In this document: positions 19,866-30,017 of the stretch, in pieces
Numbering within the stretch: the first letter of the stretch is position 1
How the letters are laid out: each line of letters opens with the position of its first letter
NCBI GenBank assembly: GCA_038060895.1
Contig: JBBTCT010000022.1
Coordinates: 320,001-384,000 of the forward strand
DNA: 64,000 nucleotides
Source of the DNA: Planctomycetota bacterium
Lineage (GTDB): Bacteria; Planctomycetota; MHYJ01; WSZJ01
Reading direction: 5' to 3'
Position numbers and translations under genes: made by a program
Notes under the pieces: generated by a model
Database searches by the model: none
Seen by the model: only the letters and a program-made list of their open reading frames with translations
What the model was told of the DNA's origin: nothing

Positions 19866-22042
19866 AGCTGATCCGCGCCATGGCCGTCCTCGCGCTGGTT
19901 TCCTCCTTTGCTGCCGGGCAGGAAGCGCCCGCCGTTGACGTCACGCGGCTCCTCCGCGAGCTCAACGACGACGATGTCGAGAAGCGCGATGAGGCGACGC
20001 TGCGGCTCCTCGAACTCGGCGGCGCCGCAGAAGCGGCGTTGAGGGCGGCGGAGGCGGAAGCGCCTGCCGAAGCCAGGGTCCGGATCAGAGTTGTGCTCCT
20101 GGCGCTCGAATGGGAGCTCCCGTCCCCGATCCGCAGAGCGGCGGGGCGCAAGCTGGCGGAGTACCTGCAATTCAAGATCGAAGACCGGATTGCGCTCCTG
20201 AACGATCTGAAGAAGGATCTCGAAAAGTTCCCCCTGTGTTACGCCCACGTCATGGCCGTCGCATGGGAGCGCGAAGCGGACGACCCGAATTCCCGCAAGG
20301 CCATCGCAGAGCTCTTTCGCGACGTCCCGGGATCCGTCCACATCGTGGCCCGCCGTATCCTTGCGCGCTCCCCCGGCGCGGCCGGCCTCGCTGCGCTGCG
20401 AGACGCGATCAAGACATTTGACGACGGCGGCCAGGGCAACCTGGAGGCCCCGCTGGCCGTCTGCGCAGCGATGCGCGACGCGGGGCTCGGCGACCTCGCG
20501 ACGCCCGGTTTCGGCGCGCTTCTGCTCAAGCCCGGCGATGCGGCCCAAGGATTGTGCGACGGTGCGGCGGCGCTCGAGAAGTCGGGTCATTCGAAGGAAG
20601 CGATCCTGATGTACCGGCGCGGCGTGGCACTTGACACGTCGCGGGAGGAGGAGCTGAAGCGCCTGGACGCGCTGTGCGCCAGGGAGAACTGGGGCTCGGC
20701 GCATCTCGCGCTTCTGAAATGGCTTCCCGCGGGAACCGAAACGGGAATCCAGCGGGCACGGCTCGAGAAGGCCGGGGCGCTTCCGCCGATGGACCTCTCG
20801 GATTCGCTGAGGCTTCGCAACTGGACGGCGGTGCCGGATGAGGAGTACCGCCTGCTTGGGGACGGAGTGCTCTACCTGGCGGGCGGGTATCGAGGCCAGA
20901 ACGATGTCCCGAACGTGTGCGCGTACGACCTGAAATCCGGATCGCTGCTCTGGGTGTACGCATCGCCGAGCGAGCCGGCGTCGAATGTCGCGATGTACCG
21001 CGGGCGCGGAAGCTGTCTGTTCGCGATGAAGGACGGGCTGCTCGCCCTCATGTCGGTTCAATCGAACCTGGGCTCCGGCGGGCGCCTCGGCCGGTCGGCG
21101 CTTCACACCCGCGTCGTCTGCCTTGCGGCTGAGGGAAGCGCGCGCTGGAGTCGCGAGTATGACCCGAACCCCGGCATGCGCTTCGAACTCCTCGGCGACG
21201 ATGTCGGATGGTTCACCCCGGGGGGAAACCAGTCGCGCGGCCGCGCGTGGCTCACGCGCCTGGGAGACGGACAGGTCGTCCAATCGATCCCCCTGCACGA
21301 CGACGTGGTTCTCGCCGGGCCGGGACGCCTGATGTTCAAGAAGTCGTGGTCGACCCAGCTTTGCAAAGTCGGCGCGGAAGGGATCGAGAAGATCTGGGAC
21401 AGGAAATTCCTGCCTGAAATCACGACCACGGCCGGGTTGCCGGTCTACTCGCTTGACGGCGACACTCTCTTCGCGACGACCGGATGTCATGCAGCGCGGG
21501 TCGACATGAAGTCCGCGGCCACCGAGTGGACGCACGAGTTCGACGCCGATGAGAGGACGGTCGGTGCCGCCGTGCGGGGGGAAGACGTCTTCGTCGTCCT
21601 CGAGGCAGGCGGCGGCACGTGGAAGGTCGTGACGCTCGACGCGGCCAAGGGCGAGCCGAAGGCAGACTTTGAAGGGCCGGCCGGGCCGTCGCCGCGGCGT
21701 GAGTACGGATTCGCGGAGCAGGTCGTCTGGGTGTCGAAGGACGCGTTCGCGCTCGCCGGCCGCATCGTCGACACCGCGGCCCGGCGTGTTTTCAGCGCGG
21801 ACCTCGAGCCTGACGCAGGGCTTCCGTCGCCGAAGGGCGAGCAGGGAATCTCCTGCTCGTCCGGAGCGGCGCCCGTCCCCTACTTCGACTTCGGCGGCGT
21901 TTTCGCGACGCTCCAGACCGGCGTCGCTCCGGTTTCGACAGCCACCCTCCGCGAGCAGGCCGACGTCTGCGAAAAAGCAGGTAGCACATCCGCGGCCGAA
22001 GCTCTTCGCCGCACCGCCTTCGACCTGGACCCGCTTCGATGA
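19862..22042 (+). CDS. secreted protein, helical N-terminus plus PQQ-like beta-propeller
   Basis: GTGA overlap with previous stop; signal peptide; AYDLKSGSLLW repeat. Confidence 0.7.
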   Translation: MKLIRAMAVLALVSSFAAGQEAPAVDVTRLLRELNDDDVEKRDEATLRLLELGGAAEAALRAAEAEAPAEARVRIRVVLLALEWELPSPIRRAAGRKLAEYLQFKIEDRIALLNDLKKDLEKFPLCYAHVMAVAWEREADDPNSRKAIAELFRDVPGSVHIVARRILARSPGAAGLAALRDAIKTFDDGGQGNLEAPLAVCAAMRDAGLGDLATPGFGALLLKPGDAAQGLCDGAAALEKSGHSKEAILMYRRGVALDTSREEELKRLDALCARENWGSAHLALLKWLPAGTETGIQRARLEKAGALPPMDLSDSLRLRNWTAVPDEEYRLLGDGVLYLAGGYRGQNDVPNVCAYDLKSGSLLWVYASPSEPASNVAMYRGRGSCLFAMKDGLLALMSVQSNLGSGGRLGRSALHTRVVCLAAEGSARWSREYDPNPGMRFELLGDDVGWFTPGGNQSRGRAWLTRLGDGQVVQSIPLHDDVVLAGPGRLMFKKSWSTQLCKVGAEGIEKIWDRKFLPEITTTAGLPVYSLDGDTLFATTGCHAARVDMKSAATEWTHEFDADERTVGAAVRGEDVFVVLEAGGGTWKVVTLDAAKGEPKADFEGPAGPSPRREYGFAEQVVWVSKDAFALAGRIVDTAARRVFSADLEPDAGLPSPKGEQGISCSSGAAPVPYFDFGGVFATLQTGVAPVSTATLREQADVCEKAGSTSAAEALRRTAFDLDPLR

Positions 22043-23136
22043 GAAAACTCACACAAGCCGCGATCCTCTTCGCCCTCGCCGGGATCGCGCTGGGAGAAGG
22101 GAAGGGCTGGCCGCTTTTCCAGGGCGACGCCCGCCGCACGGGCCTGACGACGGGCGAAGGACCGGACAAGTGGAAGAAGCGCTGGGTCGTGGAAGGCAAC
22201 TTTGGCAATTACGACGCTCCCGGATTCGTGGTCGGGACCGACGGCAGCGTCTGCACGGTCGTCGAGACGAATTTCAGCGACGGCTTCGCGCTCTTCTCCT
22301 GGGACGCCGCCGGCAAGGCGCGATGGAGCTGCAAGCTCCCCGACGATTCGCTCGCCGTCCCTGCCTTTGCGCCCGACGGCGGCGTTGTGGTCGGCCTGCT
22401 CGACGGCACGGTGATCAAGGTCAAGGCGGACGGGACGCTGGCGTGGGCGACGGCGACGAAGGGCCCCGTCTCGAGCTCGGCCGCGTTCGCGGCGGACGGC
22501 ACCGTCTACATCGGCAGCCGCGACAATTCCCTCTACGCACTCGACCCGATGGGCGGTCGCCGCTGGAACTTCGCCACGAACGGTTGGGTCACCGCGGCCC
22601 CCGCCCTTGCCCCCGACGGGACCATTTACGTCGCCTCATGGGATGGCCGCCTGTACGCCCTCACCCCCGAAGGAAAGGAAACATGGCGCGCCCAGACCCC
22701 GCGCCCCATCACCGCCTGCCCCGTCGTCGCTTCCGACGGCACGATCTACCTCGCCGGCCAGGACGGCGCCCTCCGCGCCTTCACTCCTGCCGGCGCCGAA
22801 ATCTGGAAAGTCCAGACCGACGGCTGGCTTCCGTTTCCCCCGTGCCTCGATCCCTCCGGGAACATCCTCTTCAGTTCAAACGACAGCTTCCTCCGCTCCC
22901 TTTCGCCCAAGGGGGAAGAGCTGTGGCGCCTGCAGGTCGATCAGCCCAACGCCGCTCCTGTCTGCGACGCCAAGGGCCGGACCTACCTCCTCGCCAACGA
23001 CGAACTCCTCGTCGTGAAGCCGGATGGCAAAGTCCTGTGGAAGCGCCCCGGTGCCCAGTCCGAGGCGATCGCGCTCGGCGCGGACGGGACGTTGTACCTG
23101 CAGGGGACGCGGTTCCTGTACGCGGTTCACGAGTAG
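22039..23136 (+). CDS. PQQ-binding-like beta-propeller repeat protein (BamB-like)
   Basis: WPLFQGDARRTG plus repeated DGTIYxxSxDGxLYAL…GxxxW units. Confidence 0.9.
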   Translation: MRKLTQAAILFALAGIALGEGKGWPLFQGDARRTGLTTGEGPDKWKKRWVVEGNFGNYDAPGFVVGTDGSVCTVVETNFSDGFALFSWDAAGKARWSCKLPDDSLAVPAFAPDGGVVVGLLDGTVIKVKADGTLAWATATKGPVSSSAAFAADGTVYIGSRDNSLYALDPMGGRRWNFATNGWVTAAPALAPDGTIYVASWDGRLYALTPEGKETWRAQTPRPITACPVVASDGTIYLAGQDGALRAFTPAGAEIWKVQTDGWLPFPPCLDPSGNILFSSNDSFLRSLSPKGEELWRLQVDQPNAAPVCDAKGRTYLLANDELLVVKPDGKVLWKRPGAQSEAIALGADGTLYLQGTRFLYAVHE

Positions 23137-23164
23137 CGGACCCGGACTGCCTGCCGGGTGACCG

Positions 23165-24589
23165 CTACCTCAGCCACCCCTTGATCGCAAACACGTACAT
23201 CGCCACCGCCGCCACCATGCCCACGCCGAAGGCGACCTGGCCGAGCGTCATGGGCCAGGGGTTCCCGACCACGTTCATGCCGAGCATGCCGCCGACGACC
23301 GTCGGAATGAGCCCGAGGAAACTCACGATCGCGAGCAGCTTGAGGAAGTTGTTCATCTCAAAGCCCTTCACGTTGATGTGAAGCTCGATGAGCGACTTGA
23401 TGTCCTCTTTCAGCGTGGTGACGCGGTCGAAGAGCTGCCCAGTTTCCGCGGTGAGGTCGTCGAGGAATTTGTCCTCGTGCAGGTTGCTGCCGCGCAGCTT
23501 GATCCGGCCGTCGGCAAGCGCGCGGAGGATCGAGGAAAGATGCCCCAGGTCCAGCGCGGCGGCTGAAATCTCGCGGCGCAGGAGGAACGTCTCTTCGAGA
23601 AATTCACGGCCGCCCTCGGAAATAGGAATGGACTCGAAGCGCCGGAGCTCTTCGTCGAACCGCTGAGCCGTAAACTGGAACCGCTCGCGTGCGAGGGCGA
23701 GCAGGAGCAGCGTGATGCGGATCGGGAACGGCCGTGCGGGAAGAGGCGAGCGCGCCGCGAGGCGGGAGATGCTCCCCGGCAGATCGAACGACTCCGGGGT
23801 GGCCGTCATGATCCCTTTCTCCGGGATGATGGCGGTGATACGCACGCGGGTGACGGCCGGAAAGCCGGTCTCGGCGACGGTCGGGATCCACAGAAAGAGA
23901 AGCGACGAGCGCGCGTCGGAGCGCAGGCGCGCGGGGGCGTCGGGGGCGAAGGCCTCGTCGAGGCTGGCCGGTTCGAGGCCCGCCGACCGTGCGGCGACTC
24001 GGATGTGCGCGAGGGACACCGCCGAAGCGTGGAACCAGTGCGACGTGGGGTCGCGAGTCCACTCCAGGCAGGTCCCCCAGTCTGAATCGTCTATCTGGAA
24101 CGAAGTGCCGTCGGGCACCCGCGAGACCTGCGGCATCGTGTTGACCGCGGTTTGACCGAGTCCCCGCCGCAGGCCCGCGGCTGCTCTTCCCGCCCTCGTC
24201 GCAAGCGCCACCGATCGCCCGACGCGGAGGAGTCGAAGCGCGAGCGAGCTTCCGGCGGCGCTGGAGATGCCCGGCGCGAGCGCCGCAATCGGGCCGCCGA
24301 TCGCGACGATGTCGATGATGCGCCACGGGCTCGTGAGCCATGCGGCCGAGTTCTCCGCTGCGCAGAGCTCCAGGACGAAGTTGAGTGCGAACACGCCGAC
24401 CAGAATCCATTCAAGTCTCTGAAGCAGGAGGTTGACGGCGGGACTGATGTCGAAGACGAGAGGCCCGAGGGCGACGGCGAGCGCGATGAGCGCGAGGAAG
24501 CCCATGACGGGCTCGTTCAGCATGCCGGCGAGGCGCGAAGCCAGCGATCGCCGGGCCTCAGCCTGCGGGTCGATTCGTTTGGTGGGCAA
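23165..24589 (-). CDS. CorA-family divalent cation transporter with N-terminal ion-channel S1-S4-like domain
   Basis: C-terminal MNNFLKLL…LGMNV plus 2 TM; N-terminal WRIIDIVAI…LRLLRVGR. Confidence 0.85.
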   Translation of the reverse strand: MPTKRIDPQAEARRSLASRLAGMLNEPVMGFLALIALAVALGPLVFDISPAVNLLLQRLEWILVGVFALNFVLELCAAENSAAWLTSPWRIIDIVAIGGPIAALAPGISSAAGSSLALRLLRVGRSVALATRAGRAAAGLRRGLGQTAVNTMPQVSRVPDGTSFQIDDSDWGTCLEWTRDPTSHWFHASAVSLAHIRVAARSAGLEPASLDEAFAPDAPARLRSDARSSLLFLWIPTVAETGFPAVTRVRITAIIPEKGIMTATPESFDLPGSISRLAARSPLPARPFPIRITLLLLALARERFQFTAQRFDEELRRFESIPISEGGREFLEETFLLRREISAAALDLGHLSSILRALADGRIKLRGSNLHEDKFLDDLTAETGQLFDRVTTLKEDIKSLIELHINVKGFEMNNFLKLLAIVSFLGLIPTVVGGMLGMNVVGNPWPMTLGQVAFGVGMVAAVAMYVFAIKGWLR

Positions 24590-24954
24590 TCCGGGGGACC
24601 TCCGGGGGGAGCGGGGAGTCTAACGGATCGAGTGCATCCGCCCGCGACAGGTCCTGAACTCGGGCAACTCAGGCGATTGCCCGCCGAAGCTTTCTGCGAT
24701 TTCAGCGGGTGCCCGGCGATCCGCCCCTTGCTCTGGCAACGATCCGCGTCGAGCTTGTCACTCACGCGGTAGAACTGTTTTTATACGGACAGATGCAACT
24801 AAGTCGGACGCCTTGCGGTTTCCATCTCTCCCTGAAGCGAGGTTTAAGTATCCATAACTATCTATGCAATAATCATTTACGATAATTCATCCGGTGGTCA
24901 TGCATGTGGTCCGATCCTTGCGGTATATGAATTTAATTCCCACAGGAGAAACCC

Positions 24955-25926
24955 ATGAATATCTCAAAGATCGTGACCACCGCTACACTCGCCCTCTGCT
25001 TCTCCCTCGGCATCGCCGATTCTCTCTTCACGACGCGAGCCCTCTTCGCCGATGCCCAGTCCGATTTGAGCAGCGCGCGCAGCCTCGTCGAAGAGACCCA
25101 GGACGCCATCGCACGCGTCGAGAACCTCTCCACGAAGGAGCTCGAAGCCAACCCGGAGCTTCTCCGCGAGGCCCATCGCCTGGCTGAGGACGCGCGGACC
25201 GCGCTGACACGGGCCCGCACTTCTCTGGCCAACCAGCTCGGCAAGTCGATCGGCAGGGAAGAAGCCATCCAGATCAACCTGGCGATCGCGAGCAGCGAAG
25301 CGAAACTGCGCAACGCGTCGAGGAATCTTCCGCCGCTGCCGACGCCCGAGCCGAAGGAAGGCAAGATGTCTCCCGAGCGCGCCGTCAAAGTCCTGAACCG
25401 CGACGTCCAGATACTGACCACGCTTCTCGAACGCTCGAACGCCCTCTATGACGACGACCACGCCCGCGCGACGGTGCAGGCCGCCTTCGACAGGATCGGC
25501 ACCCGGTTCCCGAACGCCAACGAGTGGGGCGACAGTCTCTGGCTCAGGACCCACGACCCGCTCGGTCGCCTGTCGAAGTCGATCGACATCCTCCGCCGGT
25601 ACGCGAAGTCGATCGCTCGCAACGGCAGTAGCATGAATGCCGACTACGTCGTCCACCTCCACGACGCCGCCCTCCGGATCGGCCGCGAACACAAGAGTTT
25701 CATGGAGACCGCCGCCGGCATCGTCGACAACCTGGCCCGCCAGGCCAAGTCGATGCAGGACGACCACGACGATGGCGAGGTCGGCAACCCCAACCCCGGA
25801 CTCGACCGGATCAAGCGCGAAATGAAGCCGCTCTACGAGGCGATCAATGACCGGAACCTCATGAAGCGCCCGAGAGAGGCCGACGAGTGGGTGAAGCTTG
25901 AAGCCGGGAAGAACAAGCAGAAGTAG
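24955..25926 (+). CDS. hypothetical secreted alpha-helical protein
   Basis: AGGAG RBS; signal peptide; hairpin downstream. Confidence 0.75.
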   Translation: MNISKIVTTATLALCFSLGIADSLFTTRALFADAQSDLSSARSLVEETQDAIARVENLSTKELEANPELLREAHRLAEDARTALTRARTSLANQLGKSIGREEAIQINLAIASSEAKLRNASRNLPPLPTPEPKEGKMSPERAVKVLNRDVQILTTLLERSNALYDDDHARATVQAAFDRIGTRFPNANEWGDSLWLRTHDPLGRLSKSIDILRRYAKSIARNGSSMNADYVVHLHDAALRIGREHKSFMETAAGIVDNLARQAKSMQDDHDDGEVGNPNPGLDRIKREMKPLYEAINDRNLMKRPREADEWVKLEAGKNKQK

Positions 25927-25942
25927 GAAGACGCGAGTTTTC

Positions 25943-25974
25943 CGGGACCGGGCCTCGAAAGGGGCCCGGTCCCG
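25943..25974. terminator. GC-rich hairpin with GAAA loop between convergent genes
   Basis: CGGGACCGGGCCTC-GAAA-GGGGCCCGGTCCCG. Confidence 0.6.
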
Positions 25975-26006
25975 CTCTCGATTTCCGGGGCCCGCTTCCG
26001 GCCGAC

Positions 26007-27311
26007 TCAATGACGAGCCGTGCCACCTGACTCGAGCGGCGGAACCCCGAGCCGCCCGCATTCGCTGAGCATCCGGTCGTGCTGCGCGCCGCGCTGGGAG
26101 GTGTCGCCCACCTCGTCAAGGAGTCCCGCGCCTTCTCTCCAGGCGGCCTCCGCTTCCGCACGGCGGCCCTGCGGCAGAAGGAAAAGGGCGTACCCGCACA
26201 AGAACCCGCCTCGGGACCGCACGTCCCGGGCCTCGGCGAGAATCGCGAAAGCGTTCGAGAAGGCCGCTTCCGCCTCTTGCGGCCGCCCGGTTTCCGCGAA
26301 CATCCGCGCACGGTTGCCCCATGCGACGCCCTCGGAACGGCGAATTCCGACCTCGCGATGGATCGCCATCGCTTCCTCGTCCAGCGGTTCCGCCTCGGCA
26401 TGCCGACCGAGGGACATGAGAAGCACCGACAAGTTGCCGAGGACGATTCCTTCCGACCGCCGGTTGCCGACCTCCCTGTGAACGACGAGCGCGTCGCGGT
26501 AGAAGCGCTCCGCTTCTGCGGTGCGGCCCGTCTCGTGGCAGAGACCGCCGAGATTGCCGAGCGTCACGCCTTCGCCGCGCCGCTCGCCGAGCTTGCGCTG
26601 CAGGGACTGCGCTTCCTCGTACGTCCGCTCGGCCTGCTCAAGCCGCCCGGTTTCCTTGTAGTGGAGCCCGAGGTTGCCCAGCAGCAGGCTGACGCCCCTT
26701 GGATCGCCCAGCTCGCGGTGGATTTCGAGCGAGCGTACGTACTCCGTTTCCGCCTGCGCTCCCCGCCCCGTCTCGAGGTACAGATTTCCCAGGTTCATCC
26801 GCACCGCACCCTCGTGCCGCAGGCTCCCCACCTTGAGGTCCTCCGCCAGCGCCTGCGTCAGCGCCTCCTCGGCCCGGGCCGAACGCCCGGTTGCCAGCAG
26901 CACCAGCCCTGCGCGCCGAAGCGATTCCGCCCGCTCGACGCCGGTCGCTGTTTCGGCGTGGGCCAGCCAGAGCCGGGCGGCGGCCTCGGTCTGGAAGCGG
27001 CGGTCCGCGAATTCCGCCGCGCGACCGAGGTAGAACCGCGCGGCCTCTGCGCCCGGCGCGCCGGACGCTCCCTCCGCCCGCCGCGCGTGCTCCGCAAGCT
27101 CTTCGGCCCACGTGTCCGCCAGTCGCGCCGGCAAGTGAAACGCTTCTTCAAGCTCCCGCAGCGTAGCCCCCGGCGGCCTTCCGCCTCCGCGATCCTCGAT
27201 CACGGAAAACGCAATCGCGTGCAGCCGCGCCCGGTCGCCGGGGAGCTGGAGCTGATACGCCGCTTCCCTGAGAAGGGCATGCCGAAACACATAAGCGATC
27301 TCTGCGTTCAC
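26007..27311 (-). CDS. TPR repeat protein
   Basis: N-terminal YVFRHALLREAAY; ~40-aa EGxxLGNLG TPR repeats; GTG start inferred. Confidence 0.85.
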   Translation of the reverse strand: MNAEIAYVFRHALLREAAYQLQLPGDRARLHAIAFSVIEDRGGGRPPGATLRELEEAFHLPARLADTWAEELAEHARRAEGASGAPGAEAARFYLGRAAEFADRRFQTEAAARLWLAHAETATGVERAESLRRAGLVLLATGRSARAEEALTQALAEDLKVGSLRHEGAVRMNLGNLYLETGRGAQAETEYVRSLEIHRELGDPRGVSLLLGNLGLHYKETGRLEQAERTYEEAQSLQRKLGERRGEGVTLGNLGGLCHETGRTAEAERFYRDALVVHREVGNRRSEGIVLGNLSVLLMSLGRHAEAEPLDEEAMAIHREVGIRRSEGVAWGNRARMFAETGRPQEAEAAFSNAFAILAEARDVRSRGGFLCGYALFLLPQGRRAEAEAAWREGAGLLDEVGDTSQRGAQHDRMLSECGRLGVPPLESGGTARH

Positions 27312-27359
27312 GCGGCGATCATACGAATCCCGGCGGCCGTTTCCGGTGTATGTCATTCC

Positions 27360-28412
27360 ATGAAAACCCTCGCGACCGTCGCTTCGCTGGCCCTCGTCAT
27401 TTCCGCTGCCGCCGAGCCTCCTGCCGTCGCCCCGAAGCCAAAAGGGGACCGGGCCCTCGCGCTCAGCGTGACCATGCCCAGGGAAGGGGACTACGCGAAG
27501 GAGTTTGAGGAAGCGCAGAAGGCGGGGCTGCGGCACAACGTGCTGTCGTTCGACTGGGCGGACCTGGAGACGGCGGAGGGGGAGTACAAGCCGGCGACGA
27601 ATTTCCTCGTGATTGCCAACGCGTGGTATCCGCCGCGCAAGGTCCCGGTGCACTTGATGGTGCGGCCGATTCACACGAACCAGGACGCGCGGCCGGCGTT
27701 CCGGAAGGGGAAGGCGTTCGACGACCCGGAAGTGATCGCCGCTTTCAAGCGGCTGCTCGACTGGGTTTTCGCGCAGGTCCCCGACCTCGAGGTCCCCAGC
27801 TTTTCGATCGGATCCGAGAGCGACCTCTGGCTCGAGCAGGACGACGCGCGCTGGAAGGCCTTCGGGACGTTCCTCAAGGAGGCCGCCGCGCACGCCCGCA
27901 AGCTTCGCCCCGGCCTGAAGGTCGCGAGCGAATTTCGCCTCGCGGGCATCCGCGGCAGTCACTCCGCGCGCCTGAAGGGACTGCTTTCGAGCTGCGACGT
28001 CGCGGGCGTCTCCGACTACCCGATCGACGACCAGACGATCGCCCTCGACCCCGCCGCAGTCCGGGCGACGTTCAAGGACGCGGTCGCGTTCGCGGGGAAA
28101 AAGCCGGTGTACTTCTACCAGCTCGGTTACCCCTCCGGCGCCGGCTGCAAGAGCTCCGAGGAAAAACAGGCGACCTTCATCCGCGAAGTTTTCGCCGCGT
28201 GGGACCAGCACGAGAAGGCCGTCGCGTTCGTGAACACCACCTGGACCACCGACATCCCCGCCGCCGCCGTCGAGGGCTACACGAAGTACTACCAGTTCGA
28301 CACGCCCGCCTTCCGCGATTTCCTGGGCTCGCTCGGGCTGCGCCACGAGGACGGGAAGCCGAAGCCCGCGTGGGAAGCGCTGCGGGACGAGACGAAAAAG
28401 CGGGGCTGGTAG
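27360..28412 (+). CDS. secreted glycoside-hydrolase-like (clan A TIM barrel) protein
   Basis: Signal peptide; FDWADLE, IGSE, GVSDYP, QLGYPS and SLGL…GKPKPAW motifs. Confidence 0.75.
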   Translation: MKTLATVASLALVISAAAEPPAVAPKPKGDRALALSVTMPREGDYAKEFEEAQKAGLRHNVLSFDWADLETAEGEYKPATNFLVIANAWYPPRKVPVHLMVRPIHTNQDARPAFRKGKAFDDPEVIAAFKRLLDWVFAQVPDLEVPSFSIGSESDLWLEQDDARWKAFGTFLKEAAAHARKLRPGLKVASEFRLAGIRGSHSARLKGLLSSCDVAGVSDYPIDDQTIALDPAAVRATFKDAVAFAGKKPVYFYQLGYPSGAGCKSSEEKQATFIREVFAAWDQHEKAVAFVNTTWTTDIPAAAVEGYTKYYQFDTPAFRDFLGSLGLRHEDGKPKPAWEALRDETKKRGW

Positions 28413-28469
28413 CGGGTGCCGCCCGCTCCCAGGAACGCCACGCCTTCTTCAGCGCCGCGATATCGAGCT

Positions 28470-30017
28470 TCACCATTCCCGCGGGTGAGGCTCCTCCGCC
28501 TCGAACGCCTCCACCCCGGCGTTCGCGCAGGCTTTTCGCATGTGGGTCATGGCTTCCTGGAGTTCCAGCGTTTCGTTGACCTCCCTCAGCAGCGCCACGC
28601 TGGAGCGCCAGAAGGCCCTCGACTCGGCGGCCTTTCCCTGGCTGAGGAGCAGGAGGGCGAAGCGCCAGCCGGTGGCTCCCTCGAGCCTGCGGTTCTGGAT
28701 CGCGCGGTGATCGTCGAGCGCCCGCGCGTACATCGACGCGGCCTCCCCGCTCCTGCCGGCTCCCGCGTAGATGCCGGCGAGTTTCGCCTGCATGAGGCCG
28801 ACGCTGCGCCGGTTCCCGACCTCCAGGTTCACGGCGAGGGCCTGTTCGATCAGGGATTCCGCCTCGAGCGTCCGTCCCTGCCGCAGGAGAATCTCGCCCA
28901 GGTTGCCGAGCGCGATGCCTTCGGACCGGCGATTGCCCGTCTCCCGGCTCAGCGCCATTGACTGCTCGTACAGGTCTCGCGCCTTGTCGAGCGCGCCGAG
29001 CTGCATGGCCGCGCCCCCCAGGTTGCCCAGCGCGTTGCCCTCGAACCGACGGTCCCCGACCTCGCGCTGGATCGCCAGCGCCTGCAGCAGGAATTTCTCG
29101 GCCAGCTCCGCGCGCCCCGTCACGAGGTAGACGAGCCCGAGCTTCTCCAGGGCGACGCCCTCACCCCGGCGGTTGCCGACTTCGCGCAGGACCGCCAGCG
29201 AATCCTCGTGCATGCGTTCCGCGAGCTCCATCCGGCCGGTCTCGAGGTAGATCCGGGCCGCGAGGTTGCCCAGCACGATGCCCTCGTTCCAGCGATTCCC
29301 CGACTTCCTGCAGATTCCCAGCGCCCGCTCGTAGGCCCGCTCCGCTTCTTCCATCCGCCCGCCCAGGGACAGGACGCCGGCCAGGTTACCCAGGGCCGCG
29401 CCCTCCCACGAAAGGTCGCTCGTGGGATCGAACGCCTCAAGCGCCCTCCGAAGAGTCGCTTCCGCATCCTCGAGCCGTCCCGTGTCCTGGTACGCAAGCC
29501 CCAGCGCCACGAACGCGATCGCTTCCAGCCGCGCCATTCCCATCTCCCGGAACGCAGCCGCTGCTTCCTCGAGGAGCCGCACCGCCTCGGCGACCCGCCC
29601 CCGGGTCCACGCCGTCCACCCCGCCCGCCGCGTCGCTTCGGCCCGCTCGACGCCCCCCCGCACCCCGGCGAATTCCAGCCAGCTCTCCTGCGCGGCCTCG
29701 TACCGGAAGCGCTGCTCCGCCACCTCCGCAGCCTGGCGCAAGTACAGCGCGCGCGCCTCCCGCATCCCGGCCGCATCGCCCGCCCCCCGCGCATGGTCGG
29801 CCAGCTCCCGCGCGAACGCGTCCGAGGCATGCGGCCGCCTGCCCTTCACGTCCGCCTCCAGCGGCCCGGGGTCCGGCCGCCTCCCGCCCGCCAACGCTTC
29901 GATCGCATCGAATGCGGCCGCGTGCAGGCGCGCCCGCTCGCCGGGAAGCTGGAGCTGGTACGCGGCGTCGCGGAGCAGGGCGTGACGAAACAGGTAGACC
30001 GTTTCAGCGGAGCTCAT
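28470..30017 (-). CDS. TPR repeat protein, paralogue of 26007-27311
   Basis: YLFRHALLRDAAYQLQLPGERARLH; GNRRxEGxALGNLG repeats. Confidence 0.85.
   Translation of the reverse strand: MSSAETVYLFRHALLRDAAYQLQLPGERARLHAAAFDAIEALAGGRRPDPGPLEADVKGRRPHASDAFARELADHARGAGDAAGMREARALYLRQAAEVAEQRFRYEAAQESWLEFAGVRGGVERAEATRRAGWTAWTRGRVAEAVRLLEEAAAAFREMGMARLEAIAFVALGLAYQDTGRLEDAEATLRRALEAFDPTSDLSWEGAALGNLAGVLSLGGRMEEAERAYERALGICRKSGNRWNEGIVLGNLAARIYLETGRMELAERMHEDSLAVLREVGNRRGEGVALEKLGLVYLVTGRAELAEKFLLQALAIQREVGDRRFEGNALGNLGGAAMQLGALDKARDLYEQSMALSRETGNRRSEGIALGNLGEILLRQGRTLEAESLIEQALAVNLEVGNRRSVGLMQAKLAGIYAGAGRSGEAASMYARALDDHRAIQNRRLEGATGWRFALLLLSQGKAAESRAFWRSSVALLREVNETLELQEAMTHMRKACANAGVEAFEAEEPHPREW

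Noticed and set aside
26079-27359. N-terminal extensions of ORFs 26079-28412 and 26007-28346
   Set aside because: Each is the antisense of the other real gene; the true starts are divergent at ~27311 and 27360
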